This document shows, one piece after another, positions 25,001 through 37,699 of a stretch of DNA of 64,000 bases. The first letter of the stretch is position 1; every line of letters begins with the position of its first letter. Source of the DNA: Potamilus streckersoni. Its lineage: Eukaryota. Under the pieces are notes generated by a model. The model saw only the letters and a program-made list of their open reading frames with translations, was not told the origin of the DNA and ran no database searches. The DNA lies in the NCBI GenBank assembly GCA_016746295.1, contig JAEAOA010001935.1, forward strand, positions 2,802,024 through 2,866,023, given 5' to 3'. The translations under genes were made by a program, and so were the position numbers.

Positions 25001-28000
25001 TATATCCATCTACTGCTATTACAACTATATCCATCTACTACTATTACAACTATATCCATCTACTGCTATTACAACTATATCCATCTACTGCTATTACAAC
25101 TATATCCATCTACTGCTATTACAACTATATCCATCTACTGCTATTACAACTATATCCATCTACTGCTATGACAACTATATCCATCTACTGCTATTACAAC
25201 TATATCCATCTACTACTATTACAACTATATCCCACTACTGCTATTACAACTATATCCCTCTACTACTATTACAACTATATCCCTCTACTGCTATTACAAC
25301 TACATTCCTCTACTGCTATTACAACTATATCCATCTACTACTATTACAACTATATCCCTCTACTCCTATTACAACTATATCCCACTACTGCTATTACAAC
25401 TATATCCATCTACTGCTATTACAGCTATATCCATCTTCTGCTATTACAACTATATACATCTACTAATATTACAACTATATCCCTCTACTGCTATTACAAC
25501 TATATCCATCTACTGCTATTTCTAATATATCCATCTTCTGCTACTATATCCCTCTACTACTATTACAACTATATCCCTCTACTGCTATTACAACTATATC
25601 CATCTACTACTATTACAACTATATCCCTCTACTACTATTAGAACTATATCCCTCTACTGCTATTACAACTATATCCATCTACTGCTATTGCAACTATATC
25701 CATCTACTGCTACTACAACTATATCCATCCACTGCTATTGCAACTATATCCATATGCTTCTATTACAACTATATCCATCTACTATTACAACTATATCCCT
25801 CTACTGCTATTACAACTATATCCCTCTACTCCTATTACAACTATATCCCTCTACTACTATTACATCTATATCCCTCTACTGCTATTACAACTATATGCAT
25901 CTACTGCTATTACAACTATATGCATCTACTGCTATTACAACAATATCCCTCTACTGCTATTACAACTATATGCATCTACTGCTATTACAACTATATCCCT
26001 CTACTGCTATTACAACTATATCCATCTACTGCTATTAAAACTATATCCCTCTACTGATATTACAACTATATCCATCTACTGCTATTACAACTATATCCCT
26101 CTACTGCTATTACAATTATATTCATCTACTACTATTACAACTATATCCCTCTACTCCTATTACAACTATATCCCACTACTGCTATTACAACTACATCCCT
26201 CTACTGCTATTACAATTATATTCATCTACTACTATTACAACTATATCCCTCTACTCCTATTACAACTATATCCCACTACTGCTATTACAACTATATCCCT
26301 CTACTGCTATTACAGCTATATCCATCTTCTGCTATTAAAACTATATCCATCTACTGATATTACAACTATATCCCTCTACCGCTATTACAACTATATCCAT
26401 TTACTGTTATTACTACTATATCCATCTTCTGCTACTATATCACTCTACTACTATTACAACTATATCCCTCTACTGCTATTATAACTATATCCATCTACTG
26501 CTATTACAACTATATCCCTCTACTACTATTAGAACTATATCTCTCTACTGCTATTACAACTATATCCATGTACTGCTATTGCAACTATATCCATCTACTG
26601 CTATTACAACTATATCCATCTACTGCTATTACAACTATATCCATCTACTGCTATTACAACTATATCCATCTACTATTACAACTATATCCCTCTACTGCTA
26701 TTACAACTATATCACTCTACTGCTACGAAAACTATATCCATCTACTGCTATTACAACTATATCCCTCTACTGATATTACAACTATATCCATCTACTGCTA
26801 TTACAACTATATCCCTCTACTCCTATTACAACTATATCTCTCTACTACTATTACAACTATATCCCTCTACTGCTATTACAACTATATCCATCTACTGCTA
26901 TTACAACTATATCCATCTACTACTATTACAACTATATCCATCTTCTACTATTACAACTATATATATCTACTACTATTACAACTATATCCCTCTACTGATA
27001 TTACAACTATATCCCTCTACTGCTATTACAACTATATCCCTCTACTGCTATTACAACTATATCCATCTACTGCTATTACAACTATATCCCTCTATTGCTA
27101 CTACAACTATATCCATCTACTGCTATTACAACTATATCCCTCTACTCCTATTACAACTATATCCCTCTACTACTATTACAACTATATCTATCTACTGCTA
27201 TTAAAACTATATCCATCTACTGCTATTACAACTATATCCATCTACTACTATTACAACTATATTCCTCTACGGCTATTACAACTATATCCATCTACTGCTA
27301 TTACAACTATATCCCTCTACTGCTATTACAACTATATCCATCTACTACTATTACAACTATATCCATCTACTGCTATTACAACTATATCCCTCTACTGATA
27401 TTACAACTATATCCATCTACTACTATTACAACTATATCCCTCTACTCCTATTACAAATATATCCCTCTACTACTATTACAACTATATCCCTCTACCGCTA
27501 TTATAACTATATCCATCTACTGCTATTACAACTATATCCATCCACTGCTACTACAACTATATCCATCTACTGCTATTAAAACTATATCCATCTACTGCTA
27601 TTACAACTATATCCATCTACTACTATTACAACTATATCCCTCTACTACTATTAGAACTATATCCCTCTACTGCTATTACAACTATATCCATCTACTGCTA
27701 TTGCAACTATATCCATCTACTGCTATTACAACTATATCCATCTACTGCTATTGCAACTATATCCATCTACTGCTACAACTATATCCATCTACTGCTATTG
27801 CAACTATATCCATATACTGCTATTACAACTATATCCATCTACTATTACAACTATATCCCTCTACTGCTATTACAACTATATCCCTCTATTCCTATTACAA
27901 CTATATCCCTCTACTATTACAACTATATCACTCTACTGCTATTTCAACTATATCAATCTACTGCTATTACAACTATATCCCTCTACTCCTATTACAACTA

Positions 28001-28470
28001 TATTCTCTACTACTATTACAACTATATCCCTCTACTGCTATTACAACTATAACCCTCTACTGCTATTACAACTATATCCATCTACTACTATTACAACTAT
28101 ATCCATCTACTGCTATTACAACTGTATTCCTCTACTACTATTACAACTATATCCCTCTACTGCTATTACAACTACATCCCTCTACTGCTATTACAACTAT
28201 ATCCATCTACTACTATTACAACTATTTCCCTCTACTCCTATTATAACTATATCCCACTACTGCTATTACATCTATATCCATCTACTGCTATTACAGCTAT
28301 ATCCATCTTCTGCTATTACAACTATATCCATCTACTGATATTACAACTATATCCCTTTACCGCTATTACAACTATATCCATCTACTGCTATTACTACTAT
28401 ATCCATCTTCTGCTACTATATCCCTCTACTACTATTACAAATATATCCTTCTACTACTAATACTATTATT

Positions 28471-28614
28471 GTGAGAAAGCTTGCCAGTAGTTTCTCGTGG
28501 GTCGGTGGTTCTTTCCGGTGATTTCTCGGTTTCTTCCTCCACCATTAATACTGGCCGCCATGAATAGCCTATCGTGTGCTGAAAAATGGCGTTAAGCCCA
28601 ACAACAACAACAAC
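28471..28614 (+). mobile_element. 5'-truncated (3' about 145 bp) copy of the tRNA-derived SINE with an (AAC)n tail, embedded in the 25-bp satellite
   Basis: gtgagaaagcttgccagtagtttctcgtgggtcggtggttctttccggtgatttctcggtttcttcctccaccattaatactggccgccatgaatagcctatcgtgtgctgaaaaatggcgttaagcccaacaacaacaacaac matches 4087-4230 at greater than 90% identity. Confidence 0.75.
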
Positions 28615-31318
28615 TACTATTACAACTATATCCATCTACTGCTATTACAACTATATCCCTCTACTACTATTAAAACTATATCTCTCTACTGCTATTACAA
28701 CTATATCCATCTACTGCTATTGCAACTATATCCATCAAATGTTATTACAGCTATATCCATCTACTGCTATTGCAACTATATCCATCTACTGCTATTGCAA
28801 CTATATCCATCTACTGCTACTACAGCTATATCCATCTACTGCTATTGCAACTATATCCATGTACTATTACAACTATATCCCTCTACTGCTATTACAACTA
28901 TATCCCTCTACTGCTATTACAACTATATCCCTCTACTGCTATTACAACTATATCCATCTACTGCTATTACAACTATATCCCACTACTGATATTACAACTA
29001 TATCCATCTACTGCTATTACAACTATATCCCTCTACTCCTATTACAACTATATCCCTCTACTACTATTACAACTATATCCCTCTACTGCTATTACAACTA
29101 TATCCAACTACTGCTATTACAACTATATCCATCTACTACTATTACAACTATATCCATCTTCTACTATTACAACTATATATATCTACTACTATTACAACTA
29201 TATCCCTCTACTGATATTACAACTATATCCATCTACTGCTATTACAACTATATCCCTCTACTGCTATTACAACTATATTCCTCTACTGCTATTGCAACTA
29301 TATCCATCTACTGCTATTACAACTATATCCCTCTACTGCTATTACAACTATATCCATCTATTACTATTACAACTATATCCATCTACTGCTATTACAACTA
29401 TATCCCTCTACTGATATTACAACTATATCCATCTACTGCTATTACAACTATATCCCTCTACTCCTATTACAACTATATCCCTCTACTACTATTACAACTA
29501 TATCCCTCTACCGCTATTACAACTATATCCCTCTACTGCTATTACAACTATATCCATCTACTGCTATTACAACTATATCCATCTACTGCTATTACAACTA
29601 TATCCATCTACTGCTATTACAACTATATCCATCTATTACTATTACAACTATATCCATCTACTGCTATTACAACTATATCCCTCTACTCCTATTACAACTA
29701 TATCCCTCTACTACTATTACAACTATATCCATCTACTGCTATTACAACTATATCCATCTACTGCTATTACAACTATATCCCTCTACTGCTATTACAACTA
29801 TATCCCTCTACTGCTATTACAACTATATCCATCTACTACTATTACAACTATTTCCCTCTACTCCTATTATAACTATATCCCACTACTGCTATTACATCTA
29901 TATCCATCTACTGCTATTACAGCTATATCCATCTTCTGCTATTACAACTATATCCATCTACTGATATTACAACTATATCCCTCTACCGCTATTACAACTA
30001 TATCCATCTACTGCTATTGCAACTATATCCATCTACTGTTATTACAGCTATATCCATCTACTGCTATTGCAACTATATCCATCTACAGCTATTGCAACTA
30101 TATCCATCTACTGCTATTACAGCTATATCCATCTACTGCTATTGCAACTATATCCATCTACTGCTACTACAACTATATCCATCTACTGCTATTGCAACTA
30201 TATCCATCTACTGCTATTACAACTATATCCATGTACTATTACAACTATATCCCTCTACTGTTATTACAACTATATCCCTCTACTGCTATTACAACTATAT
30301 CCATCTACTGCTATTACAACTATATCCCACTACTGATATTACAACTATATCCATCTACTGCTATTACAACTATATCCCTCTACTCCTATTACAACTATAT
30401 CCCTCTACTACTATTACAACTATATCCCTCTACTGCTATTACAACTATATCCATCTACTGCTATTACAACTATATCCATCTACTACTATTACACCTATAT
30501 CCATCTTCTACTATTACAACTATATATATCTACTACTATTACAACTATATCCCTCTACTGATATTACAACTATATCCATCTACTGCTATTACAACTATAT
30601 CCCTCTACTGCTATTACAACTATATCCATCTATTACTATTACAACTATATCCATCTACTGCTATTACAACTATATCCCTCTACTCCTATTACAACTATAT
30701 CCCTCTACTACTATTACAACTATATCCCTCTACCGCTATTACAACTATATCCCTCTACTGCTATTACAACTATATCCATCTACTGCTATTACAACTATAT
30801 CCATCTACTGCTATTACAACTATATCCATATACTGCTATTACAACTATATCCATCTATTACTATTACAACTATATCCATCTACTGCTATTACAACTATAT
30901 CCCTCTACTCCTATTACAACTATATCCCTCTACTACTATTACAACTATATCCATCTACTGCTATTACAACTATATCCATCTACTGCTATTACAACTATAT
31001 CCCTCTACTGCTATTACAACTATATCTCTCTACTGCTATTACAACTATATTCATCTACTACTATTACAACTATTTCCCTCTACTCCTATTATAACTATAT
31101 CCCACTACTGCTTTTACATCTATATCCATCTACTGCTATTACAGCTATATCCATCTTCTGCTATTACAACTATATCCATCTACTGATATTACAACTATAT
31201 CCCTCTACCGCTATTACAACTATATCCATCTACTGCTATTACTACTATATCCATCTTCTGCTACTATATCCCTCTACTACTATTACAAATATATCCCTCT
31301 ACTACTATTACTATTATT

Positions 31319-31458
31319 GTGAGAAAGCTTGCCAGTAGTTTCTCGTGGGTCGATGGTTCTTTCCGGTGATTTCCCGGTTTCTTCCTCCACCATTAATACT
31401 GGCCGCCATGAATAGCCTATCGTGTGCTGAAAAATGGCGTTAAACCCAACAACAACAA
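31319..31458 (+). mobile_element. Second 5'-truncated SINE copy, with the same truncation point and the same satellite flanks as 28471-28614
   Basis: Near-identical to 28471-28614, including about 150 bp of satellite flank on both sides. It lies 2848 bp downstream, so it is a duplicated block rather than an independent insertion. Confidence 0.75.
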
Positions 31459-33627
31459 CTACTATTACAACTATATCCATCTACTGCTATTACAACTATA
31501 TCCCTCTACTACTATTAAAACTATATCTCTCTACTGCTATTACAACTATAGCCATCTACTGCTATTGCAACTATATCCATCTACTGTTATTACAGCTATA
31601 TCCATCTACTGCTATTGCAACTATATCCATCTACTGCTATTGCAACTATATCCATCTACTGCTATTACAGCTATATCCATCTACTGCTATTGCAACTATA
31701 TCCATCTACTGCTACTACAACTATATCCATCTACTGCTATTGCAACTATATCCATCTACTGCTATTACAACTATATCCATGTACTATTACAACTATATCC
31801 CTCTACTGCTATTACAACTATATCCCTCTACTGCTATTACAACTATATCCATCTACTGCTATTACAACTATATCCCTCTACTCCTATTACAACTATATCC
31901 CTCTACTACTATTACAACTATATCCCTCTACTGCTATTACAACTATATCCATCTACTGCTATTACAACTATATCCATCTACTACTATTACAACTATATCC
32001 ATCTATTACTATTACAACTATATCCATCTATTACTATTACAACTATATCCATCTACTGCTATTACAACTATATCCCTCTACTGATATTACAACTATATCC
32101 ATCTACTGCTATTACAACTATATCCCTCTACTCCTATTACAACTATATCCCTCTACTACTATTACAACTATATCCCTCTACCGCTATTACAACTATATCC
32201 CTCTACTGCTATTACAACTATATCCATCTACTGCTATTACAACTATATCCATCTACTGCTATTACAACTATATCCATCTACTGCTATTACAACTATATCC
32301 ATCTATTACTATTACAACTATATCCATCTACTGCTATTACAACTATATCCCTCTACTCCTATTACAACTATATCCCTCTACTACTATTACAACTATATCC
32401 ATCTACTGCTATTACAACTATATCCATCTACTGCTATTACAACTATATCCCTCTACTGCTATTACAACTATATCCATCTACTGCTATTACAACTATATCC
32501 ATCTTCTACTATTACAACTATATATATCTACTACTATTACAACTATATCCCTCTACTGATATTACAACTATATCCCTCTACTGCTATTACAACTATATTC
32601 CTCTACTGCTATTGCAACTATATCCATCTACTGCTATTACAACTATATCCCTCTACTGCTATTACAACTATATCCATCTATTACTATTACAACTATATCC
32701 ATCTACTGCTATTACAACTATATCCCTCTACTGATATTACAACTATATCCATCTACTGCTATTACAACTATATCCCTCTACTCCTATTACAACTATATCC
32801 CTCTACTACTATTACAACTATATCCCTCTACCGCTATTACAACTATATCCCTCTACTGCTATTACAACTATATCCATCTACTGCTATTACAACTATATCC
32901 ATCTACTGCTATTACAACTATATCCATCTACTGCTATTACAACTATATCCATCTATTACTATTACAACTATATCCATCTACTGCTATTACAACTATATCC
33001 CTCTACTCCTATTACAACTATATCCCTCTACTACTATTACAACTATATCCATCTACTGCTATTACAACTATATCCATCTACTGCTATTACAACTATATCC
33101 CTCTACTGCTATTACAACTATATCCATCTACTGCTATTACAACTATATCCATCTACTGCTATTACAACTATATCCCTCTACTACTATTACAACTATATCC
33201 ATCTACTACTATTACAACTATATCCCTCTACTGCTATTACAACTATATCCATCTACTGCTATTACAACTATATCCCTCTACTGCTATTACAACTATATCC
33301 ATCTACTGATATTACAACTCTATCCATCTTCTGCTACTATATCCATCTACTGCTATTACAACTATATCCATCTACTGCTATTACAACTATATCCATCTAC
33401 TGCTATTACAACTATATCCATCTACTACTATTACAACTATATCCATCTACTGCTATTACAACTTTATCCCTCTTCTGCTATCCAACTAGGATCATACAGA
33501 TATGAAATGGGTTTACTAAATGTCATTTTGTCGATGTTATCTCCTAAAATATTGGTAGCTTTCTGTATAATGCTCTTAATAATAATACTTGAATTAAATG
33601 TAAGTTCATTGAGTTGCTTAATTACAG

Positions 33628-33965
33628 ATCAGGAAATCTGCAGGAATGCAGAAAGAGTTCTGGCAACTATGGCTGTTTTAATCACATTTATTGACATCGT
33701 GTACCGGTCTTTTCATAACGATGGATTGAAAGTTACACCAGAAATGGACCTGGATATCAAAGACTTCAAGCAGCAACTGAGCCAGACGATTTACATCCGC
33801 GAACCCAACAATAAAGTGACCTTTGTTTTTCTCCCAGTTAATATGGTCAGTGCATTAAATTGGCTGCTGAGACAAGAGAAGCTGTCCCATGTGTATCGAA
33901 GACTTGGACTTGGACATACCCCGAGAGAGTTCCTTGAGAATATTGTGAATGCTATATTGGATTGA
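33628..33965 (+). CDS. Candidate terminal coding exon (D|QEICRNAERVLATMAVLITFIDIVYRSFHNDGLKVTPEMDLDIKDFKQQLSQTIYIREPNNKVTFVFLPVNMVSALNWLLRQEKLSHVYRRLGLGHTPREFLENIVNAILD*). Product unknown.
   Basis: Non-repetitive and CpG-containing, with a 112-codon open frame ending at TGA 33963-33965. The acceptor ttgcttaattacAG at 33626-33627 puts it in the phase required by candidate exon 20700-20799 (G+AT gives Asp). ATTAAA lies 46 nt downstream. Confidence 0.4.
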
Positions 33966-34010
33966 TTCTTTGTGGCATATGTAAATGATTTACACGACTT
34001 ATTAATTCCA

Positions 34011-34016
34011 ATTAAA
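34011..34016 (+). promoter_or_regulatory. Putative polyadenylation signal (ATTAAA variant) for the terminal exon ending at 33965
   Basis: ATTAAA lies 46 nt after the stop codon. The region is AT-rich, so this is weak evidence on its own. Confidence 0.3.
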
Positions 34017-35255
34017 GTTATAAAAATGAGCTGAAATAAGTTCTATGTTCAGCAAGTCTTGACAGTACAGTTAACACTACCATAATGTCTGAGTTTTTTT
34101 TGTTTTGTTTTAGCCCAAGCATAATTATAATGCATTATCTTGTTTCATGCATGAGTGGGAAGTGAGATGTAGGAGTAACTTTTCTGGTGGCATCAAGCGT
34201 TACATTTTTGTTGAAGTTTTTATTTTTATATTATTTTCTAAACCCTTTTATAGATTTTCATTATACTTGGCATGAATCATTTTGAAGCTAAGATAATTCA
34301 GTCTTTCATGTCCTTGCTTGCTACCTTTACCTTTTGGTTAAAGTCACTCTCGGTCATACAAAATTTGAGTTAAGGCTAAGGTTTAAGACTTGTCATTATT
34401 TATATTTCCTAAACCCTTTGAGAGATGTTATTCATACTTTAGATGAATCATTATGAAGCTAAGACAGTTCATTCTACTAAATGCACACTTATTCTTTGGC
34501 CTTGGAGTCAAGGTCACAGAAATTTACATTTAGGCTTTGATTAATACGTTTCCATTTTCTTTTATTTCTTAAACACTATTTTGGATTTTCTTTACACTTG
34601 GGATGAATCAGGATGAAGCTGAGTCAATTTATTCTGTCTGTAACATGCATGAATGTCTCTTAGGATGAAGGTCATAGTCTTAGGAAATTTTCAATAACAG
34701 TTTGTTTAAGCTATTTTTATTTGTTTATATTTACTAAACACCTTGATGAATTTTCTTTCTGTGTTGGATTAATCATTTATATTTGAAATAAGACAGTTCA
34801 TCATGTGATATGCTTGCTTAAACTTTTGACCTTGGCCTCAAGGTCACACACATTTCACAGCAATACTTTGATTATTGGCACAGTATAGAAGCTCTAGCAT
34901 ACTTACATTTCATTTGATTTTATTTCATAATTGATGAAAATCAGTAACAGTTTAGTTTACTGTCATTTAATAAGCATTTTTGGCATGTTTATGTATATTA
35001 CCACACTATGTTTACAGCATATCCTAGATAGACAAACTTTCGAGGCAACAATCTCGTGTGACTTTCATTAATAGCATTATGCTTTGGGAACATTTTACTA
35101 TTAATTGAATTATTTTTTTGGCATGAAGTACCTTCTTACTATAAGGCAGCTCAGTATAAGGTTGGTATGGCCATAGATCCCACTCATTATTTAATAGCAA
35201 AATTTAGGAGGCCTCCATTTAGGTGGACCACTTTTATGGGTTCATTGAAGAATAT

Positions 35256-35470
35256 TATAGTGAGGGAATTCTGTATCAGTTCCTATGTGGGGTTTTCACT
35301 ACAGTATCATAGTGAGGGAATTCTGTATCAGTTCTCACATGGGGTTTTCACTACAGTATTATAGTGAGGGAATTCTGTATCAGTTCTCACATGGGGTTTT
35401 CACTACAGTATACTATAGTGAGGGACTACTTTATCAGTTCTCATGTAGGGTTTACACTACAATTCTTAAA
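35256..35470. repeat. 58-bp tandem repeat (atagtgagggaattctgtatcagttctcacatggggttttcactacagtat), about 3.7 copies
   Basis: Direct tandem copies. ORFs 35167..35364, 35285..35485 and 35364..35771 overlap it. Confidence 0.85.
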
Positions 35471-35600
35471 CTTGAAATGGTTTAACCATGTGATTTTCAT
35501 TATAAGACTTACAGTGAGGAAATACTGTATCAGTTATAATGTTGAAATTAGAAAAGACACATTCAACAGTGCATATATTCTATGTCTGATAGGGAAGGAG

Positions 35601-35758
35601 GCATACATACAACCATACATACATGCATACATACATACATACATACATACATACATACATACATACATACATACATACATACATACATACATACATACAT
35701 ACATACATACATACATACATACATACATACATACATACATACATACATACATACATAC
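35601..35758. repeat. (ACAT)n / (CATA)n tetranucleotide microsatellite, about 40 repeats
   Basis: A perfect tetranucleotide run. The MYVC/IHTY ORFs are its translations. Confidence 0.95.
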
Positions 35759-35979
35759 ACTTGGTGTCTAAAATTCAGATTGTGACTACATGATCCAATA
35801 AAAATAGGTACAAAATCATTGAAAGGAATTTAACAACAGCTGATTACATGCTTGGTATTTCTACAAAGCAATAATTGTATAGTACTAGTGATTGTTGTGT
35901 ATTGGTTATTTTATTGTTACTCTGCCTGAGTGGATGGTCCTAACAGCACGGGGTTTTTCACTGCAAGATGGTTTATGAT

Positions 35980-36190
35980 GTCTGGCTGGTACTAAATGCA
36001 ATTGATGCCATTCATTATGGCCACTACAGCCATCTTCAAAATCTTGTTATCACCACTTCTCTTAAACAGAAATTCATAGTAGTATGTTGGTTTTAAAATT
36101 GTACACATCTGATGTTCAGTATGGCTACAGCAGTGAGCAATTTGGTGGTACTGAATGTAAATGGTGACTGGGCAGAATGATCTCCCCTTG
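35980..36190. repeat. Copy of the dispersed '…ggtactaaatg(c/t)aa(t/a)tg…gccatcttcaaaatcttgttat…' repeat family. Locus 2 of 4.
   Basis: Shares the core motifs with 19860-20480, 42690-43240 and 48630-49440. Confidence 0.5.
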
Positions 36191-37699
36191 ATATAGGGAT
36201 TGGAGACGAAACCATGAAATATCTCAGTCACTATTTCTATTCATGCCAAAAAGCATGCTTTTACCATGAAAGACCTTCCAAAGGCCAAAATAACTTTGAT
36301 ACAAGTTGTAGGAGTTCTCACTTCTAAGGAAAGTATACTCAATTTATATTTCAAACTTGTCTTTCTTTCTACTTCGACAAAGCTCTGCCTTTACAATTTT
36401 ATCACACTTTGTTGTCATTACACATTTCATTGTATGTATTTGCACTGGTAGTCTGTATGACTTTGCAATAAGTTCTGTCTGAAAATTTTTTTTCATGCAA
36501 GTTCCAGATACCTTTAGACAACTCTTAATATATATTTAATTCCACAATGCTGGCTACAAACATTTCAGTTTTCTCGACTAGTACATTTATCATCCGAATG
36601 CCATGCTTAATTTGTCTTACAAATTAGACCAAAGCATAGAAATGCATAGCTAAGGATGAAAACAACATAGGCCTACATGCTGACTGGCTTCAGCACCTTT
36701 GTCACTACCACAGTACTCCTCATTGTTGGTGATACCTATAATGGCCTTCCTTCTCAGGATTTGACTCAACACTTCTTAATGATCAGTGAGGGAACAAGCA
36801 AAACAAATTATCATCTCACACAGGTATGGACAGGTCATGTAGTTCAATCACCTGTAACCCATCCCAAAATTATGACTCATACAGCATCCACCCTATAGAC
36901 ATGGCTAACTTCCATTTAGGTGGCGCTCTACAGTGTCGTATTTAGTATAGGTTTAGAATTTTAAAGAAAAAGAATTTTCCCGGGTTTCCTCACTAGTTAT
37001 ACTGGCTATTTAAAAGAGACTTTGTATATCTTAGGTTCTGTTTAAAGAACCTTTAATGACCTTTATTTTGGTATATGATTGATGGGTGCAATATGGGTTA
37101 TAGAGTATACAGCTTGGCCTTACTCCAGATGTGCACCTTTCAAAAAAGTGCTAGCTCTACTTGCACATTTTCACTTCTTGAACTTCAGAGGTAAATTGTA
37201 AAAAAAAGAACTAATACTTTTATTACATTTTATGTATTTGGTAATTCATTTTTTGCACTTTTAGAAGCAGGTGTTGTCTAGTTTCGAAAAATTAATTTTC
37301 CCTATTTGAATAGCTGCCAAGAATAGTGTACTTTAGACTAATTCAGGTTGATTTTTGGAGCACAAGGGAGCAGTCATTTTAGTTAGCAGCTAAGATCATT
37401 AAAAATGTCCAAAAGTACAATATCCAAAAAAATTTGAGCCACATTACACGAAAGTAGCATATAGGTATGCCAACATTCTCTCCACTGTGCATGTACATAA
37501 TAACTGGTGAGTGCCACCTTAGACCAAGCTAGGCCTGCTACAATGGATAACAAAGGACAAAGACCTCAAAGCACTCTATATTTACAATGCCCAGCTTAGT
37601 ACCTTAACTTTAAACAGATGTCACTTCTCAAGTTTCTCAACCCTAAGACAGTTGAAGAGATTCTTTAATTGGTGACTGACTGGAAATCACTATTTCTAC

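Larger units (their letters stand above)
23325..33485. repeat. About 10.2 kb of 25-bp satellite (ctactgctattacaactatatccat / …ccctc variants), roughly 400 copies, carrying two identical truncated SINE insertions
   Basis: Strict 25-bp periodicity (for example 25021-25070). All the 100-430 aa ORFs in 23290-32734 (+) are translations of this array (…YCYYNYIHLLLLQLYPSTAITTIS…). Confidence 0.97.

Noticed and set aside
23290-32734. Dozens of 100-436 aa ORFs (…YCYYNYIHLLLLQLYPSTAITTIS…) suggesting a huge repetitive protein
   Set aside because: They are translations of the 25-bp satellite in several frames. The frame shifts every time a monomer variant changes length, and ORFs overlap in different frames. 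They are not coding.
23325-33485. Short direct repeats of constant length that might be mistaken for a CRISPR array
   Set aside because: No unique spacers are present. The monomers are contiguous at 25 bp with no repeat-spacer alternation, the context is eukaryotic (introns, SINEs), and there are no cas genes.
35534-35785. ORFs encoding (MYVC)n / (IHTY)n
   Set aside because: They are translations of the (ACAT)n microsatellite.
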